A stretch of 64,000 nucleotides of DNA, from assembly GCA_965218795.1 (NCBI GenBank), contig OZ244653.1:896001-960000 (forward strand), given 5' to 3'. Below, one piece after another: positions 49,584-59,435 of this stretch. Below the pieces are notes generated by a model, which saw nothing but the letters and a program-made list of their open reading frames with translations, did not search any database and was not told the DNA's origin. How positions within the stretch are numbered: position 1 is the stretch's first letter; each line of letters starts with the position of its first letter. The translations under genes were made by a program, and so were the position numbers. The DNA is from a bacterium (GTDB lineage Bacteria; UBA8248; JACPRG01; G963555815).

Positions 49584-50897
49584 ATGGAGCTGTCGAAGGA
49601 CGAATCACGCCTGCTGAAGTGGATCGACGACCACAAGGATGAGGCCACCCAGCTGCTCAAAGACCTGATCCGAATCCCCAGCCCGACCGGCGAGGAAGGA
49701 CCCGGCCAGGAGTTCGTCACGAAGTATCTCTCCGACATGGGGCTGGAGATCGAAACCCTCGTCGGCGACATGGACGCCCTCAAAGACCACCCCGAGTTCA
49801 TCCCCGTGGACCCGGAGATCAACGTCGGCAACTACGAAGAGCGTCCCAACGTCATCGGCACGTACAAGGGCGGGGACGGCGGAAAATCCCTGCTCCTGTT
49901 CGCCCACATCGACACCGTCCCGCCCGGCGACGGCTGGGATTACGACCCCTACGGCGCCCAGATCGACGACGGACGGATGTACGGCCGGGGCACGGCCGAT
50001 ATGAAAAGCGGCATGGCCGCCGCGTTCTTCTCCCTCAGAGCCTGCCTCGAAGCCGGACTGCGTCCCAAGGGCGACGTGGTCTGCATGAGCAACATCGAAG
50101 AAGAAATCGGCGGAAGCGGCGGCATTCTCGCCTGCATCGAGGGGGGCTACCGCGCGGACGCCTGCATCTATCCCCACCCGGGCGAGGGAAAGCCCCCGCT
50201 GGTGATGATCGCCTCATCCGGCGTGCTTTCCTTTCGCGTGAAGGTGCAGGGGCAGACCGTCCACGGCTTCCAGGCCCACGTGGGCGTCAACGCCATCGAA
50301 AAGGCCTTCCTCATCGCCGAGTCCCTGTGGGAGCTCGACCGCCGTATCGGCGTGACCTCGCGCGAGGAGTTGACCGAGGCGGCGTATTACACCAGCGGGC
50401 GTCCGGTGCGGGCGGCGAACCTCTACATGAGCGCCCTCCACGGGGGCGGATGGCTTTACCAGGTCCCCCCGTCGTGCGAGATGGACTGGGTCTACACCTT
50501 CCCCAACAACGAGACCCTGGAAGAGAACCGCGCGCGAATCGAGGAAACCGTCAAGGCCGCGGCCGCGGCCGACCCCTGGCTGCGGGAACACCCGCCCGAG
50601 TTGCAATGGCTGCCCGTGAAGTTCAGCCCGTCCCGGGACGATCCCGGGCATCCTTTCATCCAGCTGTCTCAGGAATGCGTAAGCTTCGCCAGCGGAACCG
50701 AGGCCCCGATGGTCGCGAATCCGGTGGGGAGCGACACGCGGGTCCCCGTCCTCTACGGGAAGATCCCCACGGCCAACATCGGACCTCTGGGCGAGAACGG
50801 ACACGCGCCCAATGAGTGGATGGATCTTGATTCTTACTTTGTATCCATTAAAATGTTCTCTCTTATCCTCGCACGCTGGTGTGGTATCGCAACTTGA
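49584..50897 (+). CDS. M20 family ArgE/DapE-like deacylase
   Basis: AHIDTV, GRGTADMKSG, EEEIGG, GVNAI, GHAPNE. Confidence 0.9.
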   Translation: MELSKDESRLLKWIDDHKDEATQLLKDLIRIPSPTGEEGPGQEFVTKYLSDMGLEIETLVGDMDALKDHPEFIPVDPEINVGNYEERPNVIGTYKGGDGGKSLLLFAHIDTVPPGDGWDYDPYGAQIDDGRMYGRGTADMKSGMAAAFFSLRACLEAGLRPKGDVVCMSNIEEEIGGSGGILACIEGGYRADACIYPHPGEGKPPLVMIASSGVLSFRVKVQGQTVHGFQAHVGVNAIEKAFLIAESLWELDRRIGVTSREELTEAAYYTSGRPVRAANLYMSALHGGGWLYQVPPSCEMDWVYTFPNNETLEENRARIEETVKAAAAADPWLREHPPELQWLPVKFSPSRDDPGHPFIQLSQECVSFASGTEAPMVANPVGSDTRVPVLYGKIPTANIGPLGENGHAPNEWMDLDSYFVSIKMFSLILARWCGIAT

Positions 50898-51030
50898 TCA
50901 TGACCTGAGGACATCGGCGTGTAGGCCCGTTCCAAGCCCCTCAGAGTGTCCGTAATTTCAGAGGACCGGCCCCGCGGGGGTCGACGGCTGACCGGCCGAC
51001 CCGGCGGGCAAGCAGGACAGGGGGAGAGTT

Positions 51031-51624
51031 GTGGCGAACACCGCCTCGAAAATTATGTCCCAGGTGATTCGGTTGATCCGAGGAATCCTCGGGACCTTGA
51101 TGCTCATCGGGGTGTTCCTGAACCTCGCCAACGTCATCGGCCGCTACGTATTCCTCAAACCTATCATCTGGGCGGAGGAAATCCTGACCTACGGGCTCGT
51201 CTGGGTGGTCATGCTGGGCGCCGCGCTGGTCACTTGGCGGGCAAACCACCTGAAAATGGACGCAATTTATGACCTGATGCCCCGTAATATGAAGCGGGTG
51301 ATCAATGCTCTGGTCAACCTGTCCATTATCGCCTGTGGGGTTTTCGTCGTCTCTCAGTCCTACATATTCGTCAGCTTCCTGAACCGGGTAGGCCAGAAGA
51401 GCGTTGCCGCGGAGATCCCCATGACCTTCGCCCATGGGGCGGTCCTGGTGGGATTCATCCTGGTCATCCTGGTGGTTTTGATCAGGTTCCGTGACCTCGT
51501 GATGGAAGAACAAAGCATCATTGCCCAGGTCGAGGCGGAGATCGGCTCGGGGGAGGCTTCCCCTTTCCAACCGTCCAGTCTCCAGGAAGGGCCCGAGGTC
51601 TCAACTACGCAACAAGGCGCCTGA
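51031..51624 (+). CDS. dctQ: TRAP transporter small permease
   Basis: NVIGRY, WAEE, four TMs. Confidence 0.88.
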   Translation: MANTASKIMSQVIRLIRGILGTLMLIGVFLNLANVIGRYVFLKPIIWAEEILTYGLVWVVMLGAALVTWRANHLKMDAIYDLMPRNMKRVINALVNLSIIACGVFVVSQSYIFVSFLNRVGQKSVAAEIPMTFAHGAVLVGFILVILVVLIRFRDLVMEEQSIIAQVEAEIGSGEASPFQPSSLQEGPEVSTTQQGA

Positions 51625-51651
51625 ACATGGGCCTGACAAAGGGAAATTGAC

Positions 51652-52926
51652 ATGGGCTGGATCATGCTCATTACCCCGGTGGTTCTCCTCATTCTGGGGT
51701 ACCCCGTTTTCCTCTGCTTCCTGTCGACCTCCGCGATTCTGCTTCTGTGGTTCATGGATGTCCCGCTGACCGCCCTCCCCCAGGTCATGTTCGGCGGCGT
51801 GGACAAGTACACCCTGTTGGCCGTTCCCTTCTTCATCTTCGCCGGCGAGATCATGGGGCACGGCGGGATCTCCAGGCGGATCATCAAATGGGTGCTGAGC
51901 ATGTTCGGCAGCTTCCGCGGGAGTCTCGGCCTCACGACCGTCGGCACGTGCGAGTTTTTCGGGGCCATATCGGGATCGAGTCCGGCGACGGTGGCGGCCG
52001 TCGGACGCCTGATGTACCCGGCACTGCGCGAGAACGGTTACGAAGAGCGGTTCTCTCTGGGCCTGGTCACGGCATCGGGGGCCATCGCGGGCATTATTCC
52101 GCCCAGCATCGTCATGATCCTCTACGGGGCCTCGGCCGAGCAGTCCGTCGCGCACCTTTTCATCGCGGGCTTTTTCCCCGGCATCCTCGTGGGATTATTC
52201 ATGGCGGCCTACATCTACTGGTACGCGAAAAGCCGCGATATTCCGATCACGGAGAAGTTCAATGGGAAAGTCTTTCTCCGCGCCACGCTCAACGGAGCTT
52301 TTGCATTGGGAACGCCGATGGTGATTTTGGGAGGCATTTACACGGGGGTGTTTACGCCCACGGAAGCGGCGGGCATCGCCGGAGGCTACGGCCTGCTGGT
52401 CACGAAGTTCATCTACCGGGACATCTCCTGGAAGGGCATCTGGGACGTCGCCGTCAATTCGACCTACCTGACGAGCCAGATCATGATCATCGTCGCCTGT
52501 TCGGGGGTGTTCTCCTGGATCCTGACGATTGCCGGGATACCCGAAACGATGGTGAACTTCATCGGAAGCTTCAACCTGCCCCCCTGGGGCACGCTGGTCA
52601 TCATCAATATCTTCTTGATCATCGTGGGCGCGCTGATCGATCCCACGTCCGCCATTCTCGTATTGACGCCGCTCCTCCTCCCAATCGTCAAAGCCATCGG
52701 AGTGGACCTCATTCATTTCGGCATTATCATGGCCGTCAACTTGGCGCTGGGGATGTTCACGCCTCCTTTCGGGCTGAATATCTTTGTCAGCCAGTCCCTG
52801 TTCCGCGTTCCGGCCGTGCGAATCGTCCCCGGGGTGATTCCCTTCGTGGGACTGCAAATCATCGCCCTGGCCTTGATCACGTATATTCCGCAAATATCGC
52901 TCTATTTGACGCAGTTCATTCGTTAG
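51652..52926 (+). CDS. dctM: TRAP transporter large permease
   Basis: LLAVPFFIFAG, ISGSSPAT, IIPPSI, FTPTEA, TPPFG. Confidence 0.94.
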   Translation: MGWIMLITPVVLLILGYPVFLCFLSTSAILLLWFMDVPLTALPQVMFGGVDKYTLLAVPFFIFAGEIMGHGGISRRIIKWVLSMFGSFRGSLGLTTVGTCEFFGAISGSSPATVAAVGRLMYPALRENGYEERFSLGLVTASGAIAGIIPPSIVMILYGASAEQSVAHLFIAGFFPGILVGLFMAAYIYWYAKSRDIPITEKFNGKVFLRATLNGAFALGTPMVILGGIYTGVFTPTEAAGIAGGYGLLVTKFIYRDISWKGIWDVAVNSTYLTSQIMIIVACSGVFSWILTIAGIPETMVNFIGSFNLPPWGTLVIINIFLIIVGALIDPTSAILVLTPLLLPIVKAIGVDLIHFGIIMAVNLALGMFTPPFGLNIFVSQSLFRVPAVRIVPGVIPFVGLQIIALALITYIPQISLYLTQFIR

Positions 52927-52970
52927 GGAGTCAACTCAAGCGGGGACATCACAAACCAAGGAGGGAGACC

Positions 52971-53993
52971 ATGAAGCGAATCGGTTTTACAGTCTGCGCC
53001 GCGGCCATCGCAGTGCTTTTCCTCACGGTGGGCCTTCTGGCCTCGCCGGCATTCGCCGCGAAAAAGTTCAACATGAAGTGCGGTCTGGCCACGCTGAAGG
53101 ACGTTCAGGTGGAATGGGGCAAGCGGTTCTCCGATCGGGTCGTCAAGCGATCCGGGGGCCGGATCACCGCCAAGGTTTACCCCGGGGGACAGCTTGGAAA
53201 CGTCATGCGCCTGATTGAATCGGTCCAGCTGGGTACGCTGGAATGCTGGATGGCTCCCCCTGCGTTCATCGTCGGGGTGGACCCGCGCTTCCAAGTCCTC
53301 GCGGCGCCGGGACTCTTCAAGGACTACGATCACGCGGTTCGGACCGTCAGCGACCCGAAGTTCCGGGAGGTGTTTCTCGGTCTCGGAGAGGCCAAGGGAA
53401 TGAAGGGCGTAAGCCTTGTCGTCTTCGCCCCCACGGTCTATGCGACCCGCAAGCCAGTCAAGAAATTCGGAGACTTCAAGGGGATGAAGATCCGTGTCTT
53501 CGCGTCCCCCATGCAGACCATCCCCATCAAAATGCTGGGCGCGGCGCCCGCGCCGATGCCGTTGATGGAGGTCCTGCCCGCGCTACAGCGGGGCGCGATC
53601 GACGCCGTCCGGTCCGGCGTGTCCATCTTCACCACCTTCAAATACTACGACATCATCAAGGACATTACGGTGACCAACGACGGGATGATCACGAGCATCG
53701 GCATGGTCAGCAAGCTCTGGTATGACAAGCTGCCCCCGGACCTCCAGAAGATCATCATGGAGGAAGGGAAGGCCGTCCAGCCTGAGCTTTTCAAATGGGG
53801 CAAGGATTTCATCGACAAGAACTTCAAGATCTGGACGGATAACGGAGGCAAATTCCACATGTTGCCCGCGGCCGACCAGAAGAAGATGATGGGCATGTTC
53901 TCCACCGTCGGAGGCACGGTACTCAAAGACAATCCGTCGGTCAGAAAGGTCTACGACCTTCTGGTGGCAACGGCCAAGAAGAACGCCCGATAG
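52971..53993 (+). CDS. dctP: TRAP solute-binding protein
   Basis: Signal peptide, YPGGQLG, DFKGMKIRV (carboxylate-binding Arg), ALQRGAID. Confidence 0.92.
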   Translation: MKRIGFTVCAAAIAVLFLTVGLLASPAFAAKKFNMKCGLATLKDVQVEWGKRFSDRVVKRSGGRITAKVYPGGQLGNVMRLIESVQLGTLECWMAPPAFIVGVDPRFQVLAAPGLFKDYDHAVRTVSDPKFREVFLGLGEAKGMKGVSLVVFAPTVYATRKPVKKFGDFKGMKIRVFASPMQTIPIKMLGAAPAPMPLMEVLPALQRGAIDAVRSGVSIFTTFKYYDIIKDITVTNDGMITSIGMVSKLWYDKLPPDLQKIIMEEGKAVQPELFKWGKDFIDKNFKIWTDNGGKFHMLPAADQKKMMGMFSTVGGTVLKDNPSVRKVYDLLVATAKKNAR

Positions 53994-54073
53994 CAGGGCG
54001 GCCATCCTGGCCGCACCTGCTTGTGCGTGCGGCGGGCAGGCAAGTCGGAAGGCGGGCTCAAAGCCCGCCCTAC
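53993..54073. repeat. Cluster of REP-like palindromes
   Basis: GCAGG-GCGGCCA-TCC-TGGCCGC-a-CCTGC, and minus-strand GTAG-GGCGGGCT-TTG-AGCCCGCC (54051-54073). Confidence 0.5.
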
Positions 54074-54254
54074 CGGGCTTTGAGCGTTTAGCGCGGCAGG
54101 ACCATATCACACCCCTTGCTTCGGTAAGGGGAGCGGATTGAAACGCTTCCGGGAAGGCTCTCGGGTCGAATCCTGCCCTGATGCGCGCGGGGGCAGGCTC
54201 CATCCCGTCACCCCGGCAGGCCGGGGGCGGCGGGCGGGGGAAAGGGATTTCGCA

Positions 54255-55046
54255 ATGCCGAGTATCAAGGCCGGCGAAGTCAACCTGTATTACGAAAGCT
54301 ACGGCGAGGGCGCTCCGGTCCTCCTCGTGCCCGGTCTGGGCGGCGAGGGAGGCTACTGGCAGCCCCAGATCGAATCGTTCTCAAGGAACTACCGGGTCAT
54401 CATCCACGACCACCGCGGGACCGGCCAAAGCGACCGCCCGGTCATGGAATACTCCGTCGAGCAGATGACGGCGGACGTGCTCGGGCTTATGGACGCGCTC
54501 GATATCGAGAGCGCGCACCTGGTGGGCCATTCCACGGGCGGCGCCATCGGCCAGATCATGGCCATCGAGCGCCCGGAGCGGCTTCGAAGCCTGGTCATCG
54601 CGAGCAGCTGGACCAAAGCCGACCCCTTCTTCATCCGGTGCTTCGCCGTCCGGAGCGAGCTCTTGCGCGAAAGCGGCGCGGCCGCCTACCAGCACGCGGC
54701 GCCCCTGTTCCTCTTTCCAAGCTGGTGGATCCGGGACAATGCGGACAAGATTGCGGAGGCCGAAGAAGCCAGCGTCCCCCGGCTTCCTGTGGCCGAAATC
54801 GGCCTGAGCCGGATCGAAGCCATCGTGGCCTTCGACCGGCGGAACGAGTTGTCGCAAATCCGAACCCCGACACTCGTGATCTGCGCGAGGGACGATCACC
54901 TGACCCCCGCGTACTATTCGGAGGAGTTGGCGGAGGCCATCCCGGACGCCGAGTTGGTCATTCTGGAACGCGGCGCACATGCGTGCACCATCACCGTCCC
55001 TGATGAGTTCAATGCGCCGGTGCTGGAGTTCCTGGCAAAGCACTGA
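54255..55046 (+). CDS. rutD: RutD-like aminoacrylate hydrolase (alpha/beta hydrolase)
   Basis: GLGG.GGYW.PQ, DHRGTG, GHSTGG, RCFAVR..LL..SG..AY..A.PLFL.P.WW, GAHAC. Confidence 0.85.
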   Translation: MPSIKAGEVNLYYESYGEGAPVLLVPGLGGEGGYWQPQIESFSRNYRVIIHDHRGTGQSDRPVMEYSVEQMTADVLGLMDALDIESAHLVGHSTGGAIGQIMAIERPERLRSLVIASSWTKADPFFIRCFAVRSELLRESGAAAYQHAAPLFLFPSWWIRDNADKIAEAEEASVPRLPVAEIGLSRIEAIVAFDRRNELSQIRTPTLVICARDDHLTPAYYSEELAEAIPDAELVILERGAHACTITVPDEFNAPVLEFLAKH

Positions 55047-55193
55047 GTAGAAGCGTGGGCGCCTGGAAAGACGGATGATCGTTCCGGATCTCCAATCAAT
55101 TTCAAAAAATATATCATAGAATCAATTATAATTCAATTGATTATAAAATTAGTCTAATGTATCACATTAACTTACTTCAAGGAGGACGAGACA

Positions 55194-55580
55194 ATGGCAG
55201 GCACTCCGATAGTCCCGAAGGGCAGTCCACCCCCGTTGGCCCCCTATTCTCCCGGCACCAAGGCGGGCAACACGATTTACGTGGCCGGTACTTTGGCCAT
55301 TGACTCCGATGGCAATACGGTCGGCCCGGGCGACGTCAAAGCTCAAACCGAACAGGTCATCCAGAACATCAAGGCCGTCTTGGAGGCCGCGGGCGCGGGA
55401 CTTCAGGATGTGGTGATGAACCATATCTTCGTCACGGACTTTGCGAATTATGCGGCCGTGAACGAGGTCTACGGGACGTATTTCGGCGAATCGAAGCCCG
55501 CGCGGTATTGCGTGAAGGCCGACCTCGTAAAACCGGAGTTCCTCGTCGAGATTGCCTCCGTCGCCGTTATCGGGGGATGA
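55194..55580 (+). CDS. rutC: RutC-like Rid family protein
   Basis: PLAPYSPGT, YVAGTL, NHIF, KPARYC...LVKPEFLVEIA. Confidence 0.85.
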   Translation: MAGTPIVPKGSPPPLAPYSPGTKAGNTIYVAGTLAIDSDGNTVGPGDVKAQTEQVIQNIKAVLEAAGAGLQDVVMNHIFVTDFANYAAVNEVYGTYFGESKPARYCVKADLVKPEFLVEIASVAVIGG

Positions 55581-55727
55581 GGGCCTAGAAATTTCCCGGG
55601 TTTCTCGAAATTGCCTTTCAACCTGATCGTACGGCGAAATCCCGTTGCCGACCCATTCGTATCCGGCAGGCCTCCTCGGCAAGCATGATCCCGTGCCGGG
55701 CGCCACTTTCCGGCAGGAGCATATCGC

Positions 55728-56981
55728 ATGGCGACCCCATCCGGACGGGGCAAACCCTTCTATGGGTGGACGATTGTGCTTCTCGGCTTCGGCGCCATGG
55801 CCTTTGCCGGGGGCATCTGGTCGGGATTCGGCATCTTCTTCAAGCCCCTCCTGGAGGAATTCGGCGGGAGCCGGGCCGGGTTGTCCCTGGTCATCACGGT
55901 CGGTATGGTTTTTTGGGCTGTCGGGGCGTTCATGGCCGGGATCCTGGTCAACCGATTCGGCCCCCGAAAGCTGATCGTTTTCGGCGTCGGCCTGATGGGC
56001 CTGGGCTGCCTCCTCTCCTCCTTCACGGTCTCGACCGTGACGTTGTTCGCCACCTACAGCCTGTTCGTGGCCATCGGGACCGGTCTTTCAACCATGAACA
56101 CCAATTCCGTCCTGGTCTCCCGGTGGTTCGTCCGAAAACGGGGGACCGCGCTCGGAGTCTCCACGGCGGGGTACAATGCCGGCCAACTCTTGCTGATTCC
56201 TTTCACCGCATTGCTCATCGGCGCCTATGGCTGGCGGTGGGCTTTCATCGTCTGGGCCGGAATGTTCTGGTTCCTGCTCGGGCCGGTTCTGCTTCAGTAT
56301 CTGAAAGACTCTCCGGAAGAGATAGACCTGGCCCCTGACGGCGACCCGCCGGAAGAACCCGCTCCCGCGGAACCGTTGGAAACGCGCGTCGATTGGATCC
56401 CGCAAGGGGACGTTCGGGACGCCATGCGAACCCGGTCCTTCTGGCTGTTGTTCTCGAGTTATGTGGGGTGCGGCTTCACTGATTTTGTCATGTACGTGCA
56501 TTTCCCGATTTTTGCGACCGGCATCGGAGTGAGCGAGCAGACGGCCGCGAACGCGTTCGGTCTGATCGGGGGGCTGGCCATCATCGGCGTGATCGGGATG
56601 GGCGCATGGGCGGACCGGGTCGGGTTCAAGATTCCGCTCGTCCTCATCTACGCGGTTCGCTGCGTCGGGGTCCTGCTTCTGGCCATGACGGGAAGCGCGG
56701 CCATGCTGTTCGTCGCCGTCGTCGTCTACGGTCTCGTCCATCAGGCCACCACGCCCCTGACGCCCGGCATGACGGCCCATTTGTACGGACGGGACTCCCT
56801 GGGAACACTGTACAGCTATCTCCTGATCGGACATTCCCTCGGCGCTTTGACGGGGCCGTTCATCGCCGGCGCGACGTTTGACGTGACCGGAAGCTATCGC
56901 CCGGTTTTTATCCTGACGGCCGCCATTCTGGCGGGAGCCTCAGCCTGCTGCTCGGGGATGAAATCGAAGCCCGACCGCTAG
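55728..56981 (+). CDS. MFS transporter
   Basis: FYGW N-terminus, G.LVNRFGPR motif A, RWF..KRGTALG, twelve TMs. Confidence 0.92.
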   Translation: MATPSGRGKPFYGWTIVLLGFGAMAFAGGIWSGFGIFFKPLLEEFGGSRAGLSLVITVGMVFWAVGAFMAGILVNRFGPRKLIVFGVGLMGLGCLLSSFTVSTVTLFATYSLFVAIGTGLSTMNTNSVLVSRWFVRKRGTALGVSTAGYNAGQLLLIPFTALLIGAYGWRWAFIVWAGMFWFLLGPVLLQYLKDSPEEIDLAPDGDPPEEPAPAEPLETRVDWIPQGDVRDAMRTRSFWLLFSSYVGCGFTDFVMYVHFPIFATGIGVSEQTAANAFGLIGGLAIIGVIGMGAWADRVGFKIPLVLIYAVRCVGVLLLAMTGSAAMLFVAVVVYGLVHQATTPLTPGMTAHLYGRDSLGTLYSYLLIGHSLGALTGPFIAGATFDVTGSYRPVFILTAAILAGASACCSGMKSKPDR

Positions 56982-57068
56982 CGGAAAGTCAGGTTTCAGG
57001 GTCATTTTCTTCCTGATCGAATACAATAAGACCGGATCACCGAAGGAACCGCGCGGAGGGATCGGCAC

Positions 57069-58457
57069 ATGGCAGCCGCGCAGAGGCTTGACTGCGTCAT
57101 TCTGAACGGGACGGTCGTATCGCCTCACGGCCGATTCAAGGCCAACGTCGGGATACGGGAGGGGCGCATTACGGTCCTCACCCGGTCTCCCCTGAACGGG
57201 GAGGAAGAAATCAACGCGTCCGGGAAGCTCCTTCTCCCCGGACTGGTCGATCCCCACGGCCACATGGCGCACGCCTGGACGAACGGCGACGCCTTCCGCA
57301 ATGAAACCCGGCGGATGATTCTCGGCGGTGTGACCAGCTACCTGGATTATCCGGCTGGGGTCGGGGGACCGCTTGGTTCGATCGGCGGGTGGATCTCCCA
57401 CATCGAGTCCCATTCCTACGTGGACATCGGGATCCAGCCCATCATCAACGGCGCTGAGATCCTTTCCGAACTCGAACAGCTATTCAAGAAATATGGGGTT
57501 TCTTCGTTCAAGTTTTTCTTCGGCGGGCAGGAGCGTGAACTCTATCCTCACATCTTCGCCCTGAACGACGGGGTCCTGCTTCGGGGCTTCGAGATCGTCT
57601 CCGCCCTCGGGCCCCCGGCCCGCGCGTGCGTCCACGCGGAAAACTGGGAAATCGGGTGGTTCCTGGAAAAGGAGTTACGCGAAAGCGGGCGCACGGACGG
57701 GCCGGTCTGGACGGACGCTCACCCCCACATCTGCGAAGAGGAATCCATCGAGCGGGCCCTCCTCTATGCCGCCCAGGCAACATGCCCCCTTTACATTGTC
57801 CACATCGCCCTCGGAAAGGGACCGAAACTCCTCGAAAGGGCGAAAAGGCGGGGGGTCGATGTCGTCGGTGAGACCTGCCCCCATTACCTTTCGATGCATC
57901 GTGGCCACCGCCTGATCGGGCCGGCCAAATACAACCCGGCGGTCAAATTGAAAAAGGATCAGGATGAAATCTGGGAAGCGGTGGTCGGCCGGGGGCTTGA
58001 CTGCATCGGCTCGGACCATATCGCTTCGACCGGGCAGGAGGAGGGGTTTGTCGACAAGGACAAGGATATATGGAATGCGTGGGCCGGGCTTCCCGGTTCA
58101 GGCACGATCCTGTCCACCCTCCTGCAAGGGGTCCGGAAAAAGGGACTCAGCTTTGAAAGGCTCGCGGAGGTCTCGAGCTACAATCCGGCCCGGACCTTCG
58201 GGCTTTACCCCCGCAAGGGGCACATCGGCCCGGGGGCCGACGCTGACATCGTGATCCTGGACCCGGACAAGGGTTTCACATTCCGGAACGAGGATTTCCT
58301 CCTGAAGGTCTCCCTCCTGGACGGCGTGCGGATCAAGGGCAAAGTCGACAGGGTCATTCTTCGCGGAAGAACAGTCGCCGAGAACGGCCGGGTGGTTCCC
58401 CAGGAGCCTACCGGCCAATATCTGGAGCGCAGAGGAACCAATGGGGCACGGGTGTAA
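57069..58457 (+). CDS. Cyclic amidohydrolase (dihydropyrimidinase/allantoinase/dihydroorotase family)
   Basis: DPHGH, SFK (carboxylated Lys), VHAE, VHI, ETCPHY, SDH, NPA..FGLYPRKG. Confidence 0.9.
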   Translation: MAAAQRLDCVILNGTVVSPHGRFKANVGIREGRITVLTRSPLNGEEEINASGKLLLPGLVDPHGHMAHAWTNGDAFRNETRRMILGGVTSYLDYPAGVGGPLGSIGGWISHIESHSYVDIGIQPIINGAEILSELEQLFKKYGVSSFKFFFGGQERELYPHIFALNDGVLLRGFEIVSALGPPARACVHAENWEIGWFLEKELRESGRTDGPVWTDAHPHICEEESIERALLYAAQATCPLYIVHIALGKGPKLLERAKRRGVDVVGETCPHYLSMHRGHRLIGPAKYNPAVKLKKDQDEIWEAVVGRGLDCIGSDHIASTGQEEGFVDKDKDIWNAWAGLPGSGTILSTLLQGVRKKGLSFERLAEVSSYNPARTFGLYPRKGHIGPGADADIVILDPDKGFTFRNEDFLLKVSLLDGVRIKGKVDRVILRGRTVAENGRVVPQEPTGQYLERRGTNGARV

Positions 58458-58610
58458 GGGTTGCCGTTGCGGCCATTCAATCATTCACAGAGCTCCCTGT
58501 GTATCCGCAAACGAGCCGGAAGGGTCCCGGAGTTTCTCCGGCCGAAGCCGCATTCCGCGGCCAGGTAGAAAACCTTGACGTAACGATCGGCCGCGGCGAA
58601 CCGTTCCGGT

Positions 58611-59285
58611 TCAGTCCCAAACAAGCCGCGGGATATAGCCCTCATCTTCCGGGTATGAGGTCACGGGCTTCAGCCCCTCCGCCCGCTTGTGCATCTGAAT
58701 GGTCTTCAGGTGGACGTAGGCTTCCCACAGGCAGTGCCGGAAGGCGGCCTCGAGGTTCTGGTGGAAAAGGTCGGGATCGCTCTCGTCCTTCCAAAATCCG
58801 ACCGGGTGCGCCGGCACGACAAGGCTCTCCAGATACTCCTTCACGCTCTCCCCTGTTTCCCATTTCATGTCGGGCGGCGTTCTCCTCTCCAGGACTTTGT
58901 CCCTCAACGAGCCCAGCGTCTCGTTCCCGAGAATATCCCGGGCAAGCGTACAGCTGTCCTCGAATGCTGCATGGATCTCGTCCATGGTCCGGAACTTTTT
59001 CGGGTCAAGCATGCGGTCCGCCCCGCCCGCGTGAACCAGCTCGATATCGCGCGGCAGATCTCCCCCGAACAGCGTCTTCCCCCAGAAGAGGAGGAAATGC
59101 AGGTAGGGGATCCAGGCCACGTGGCCGACTTGTTCGCGGACCGACCACTGCCCCCAGCCCTTGTCCATTCGCCGGCGGTCGAGTTGTTCATCCGCCATGC
59201 CGCGGACTTCATCTCTGAAAATATCGGGCAACGTGGCGTATTCGGGAAAGATTACGATCGCGGGGATGTTGAGATCCTCGGACAT
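58611..59285 (-). CDS. DinB-superfamily protein
   Basis: WSVREQVGH near the N-terminus and C-terminal H...H (RHC..EAYVHL). Confidence 0.7.
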   Translation of the reverse strand: MSEDLNIPAIVIFPEYATLPDIFRDEVRGMADEQLDRRRMDKGWGQWSVREQVGHVAWIPYLHFLLFWGKTLFGGDLPRDIELVHAGGADRMLDPKKFRTMDEIHAAFEDSCTLARDILGNETLGSLRDKVLERRTPPDMKWETGESVKEYLESLVVPAHPVGFWKDESDPDLFHQNLEAAFRHCLWEAYVHLKTIQMHKRAEGLKPVTSYPEDEGYIPRLVWD

Positions 59286-59435
59286 TGGACGGCTCCGGAT
59301 TCAGCAGGAAAAATCACGAATCGGGGTTTGCTCTATCAGGCCCCGGCTCTCGATGTCATTCCGAGCGGATGCCGTTTGGCTTTCGCGGGTAATCTGCTCC
59401 AGCCGATACCGCTTGCTTCCGCCTGGTTCGGCAAT

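Noticed and set aside
51747-52970. N-terminal extension of the 748-aa ORF as a DctM-DctP fusion
   Set aside because: It overlaps dctM in another frame; dctP has its own RBS, ATG (52971) and signal peptide.
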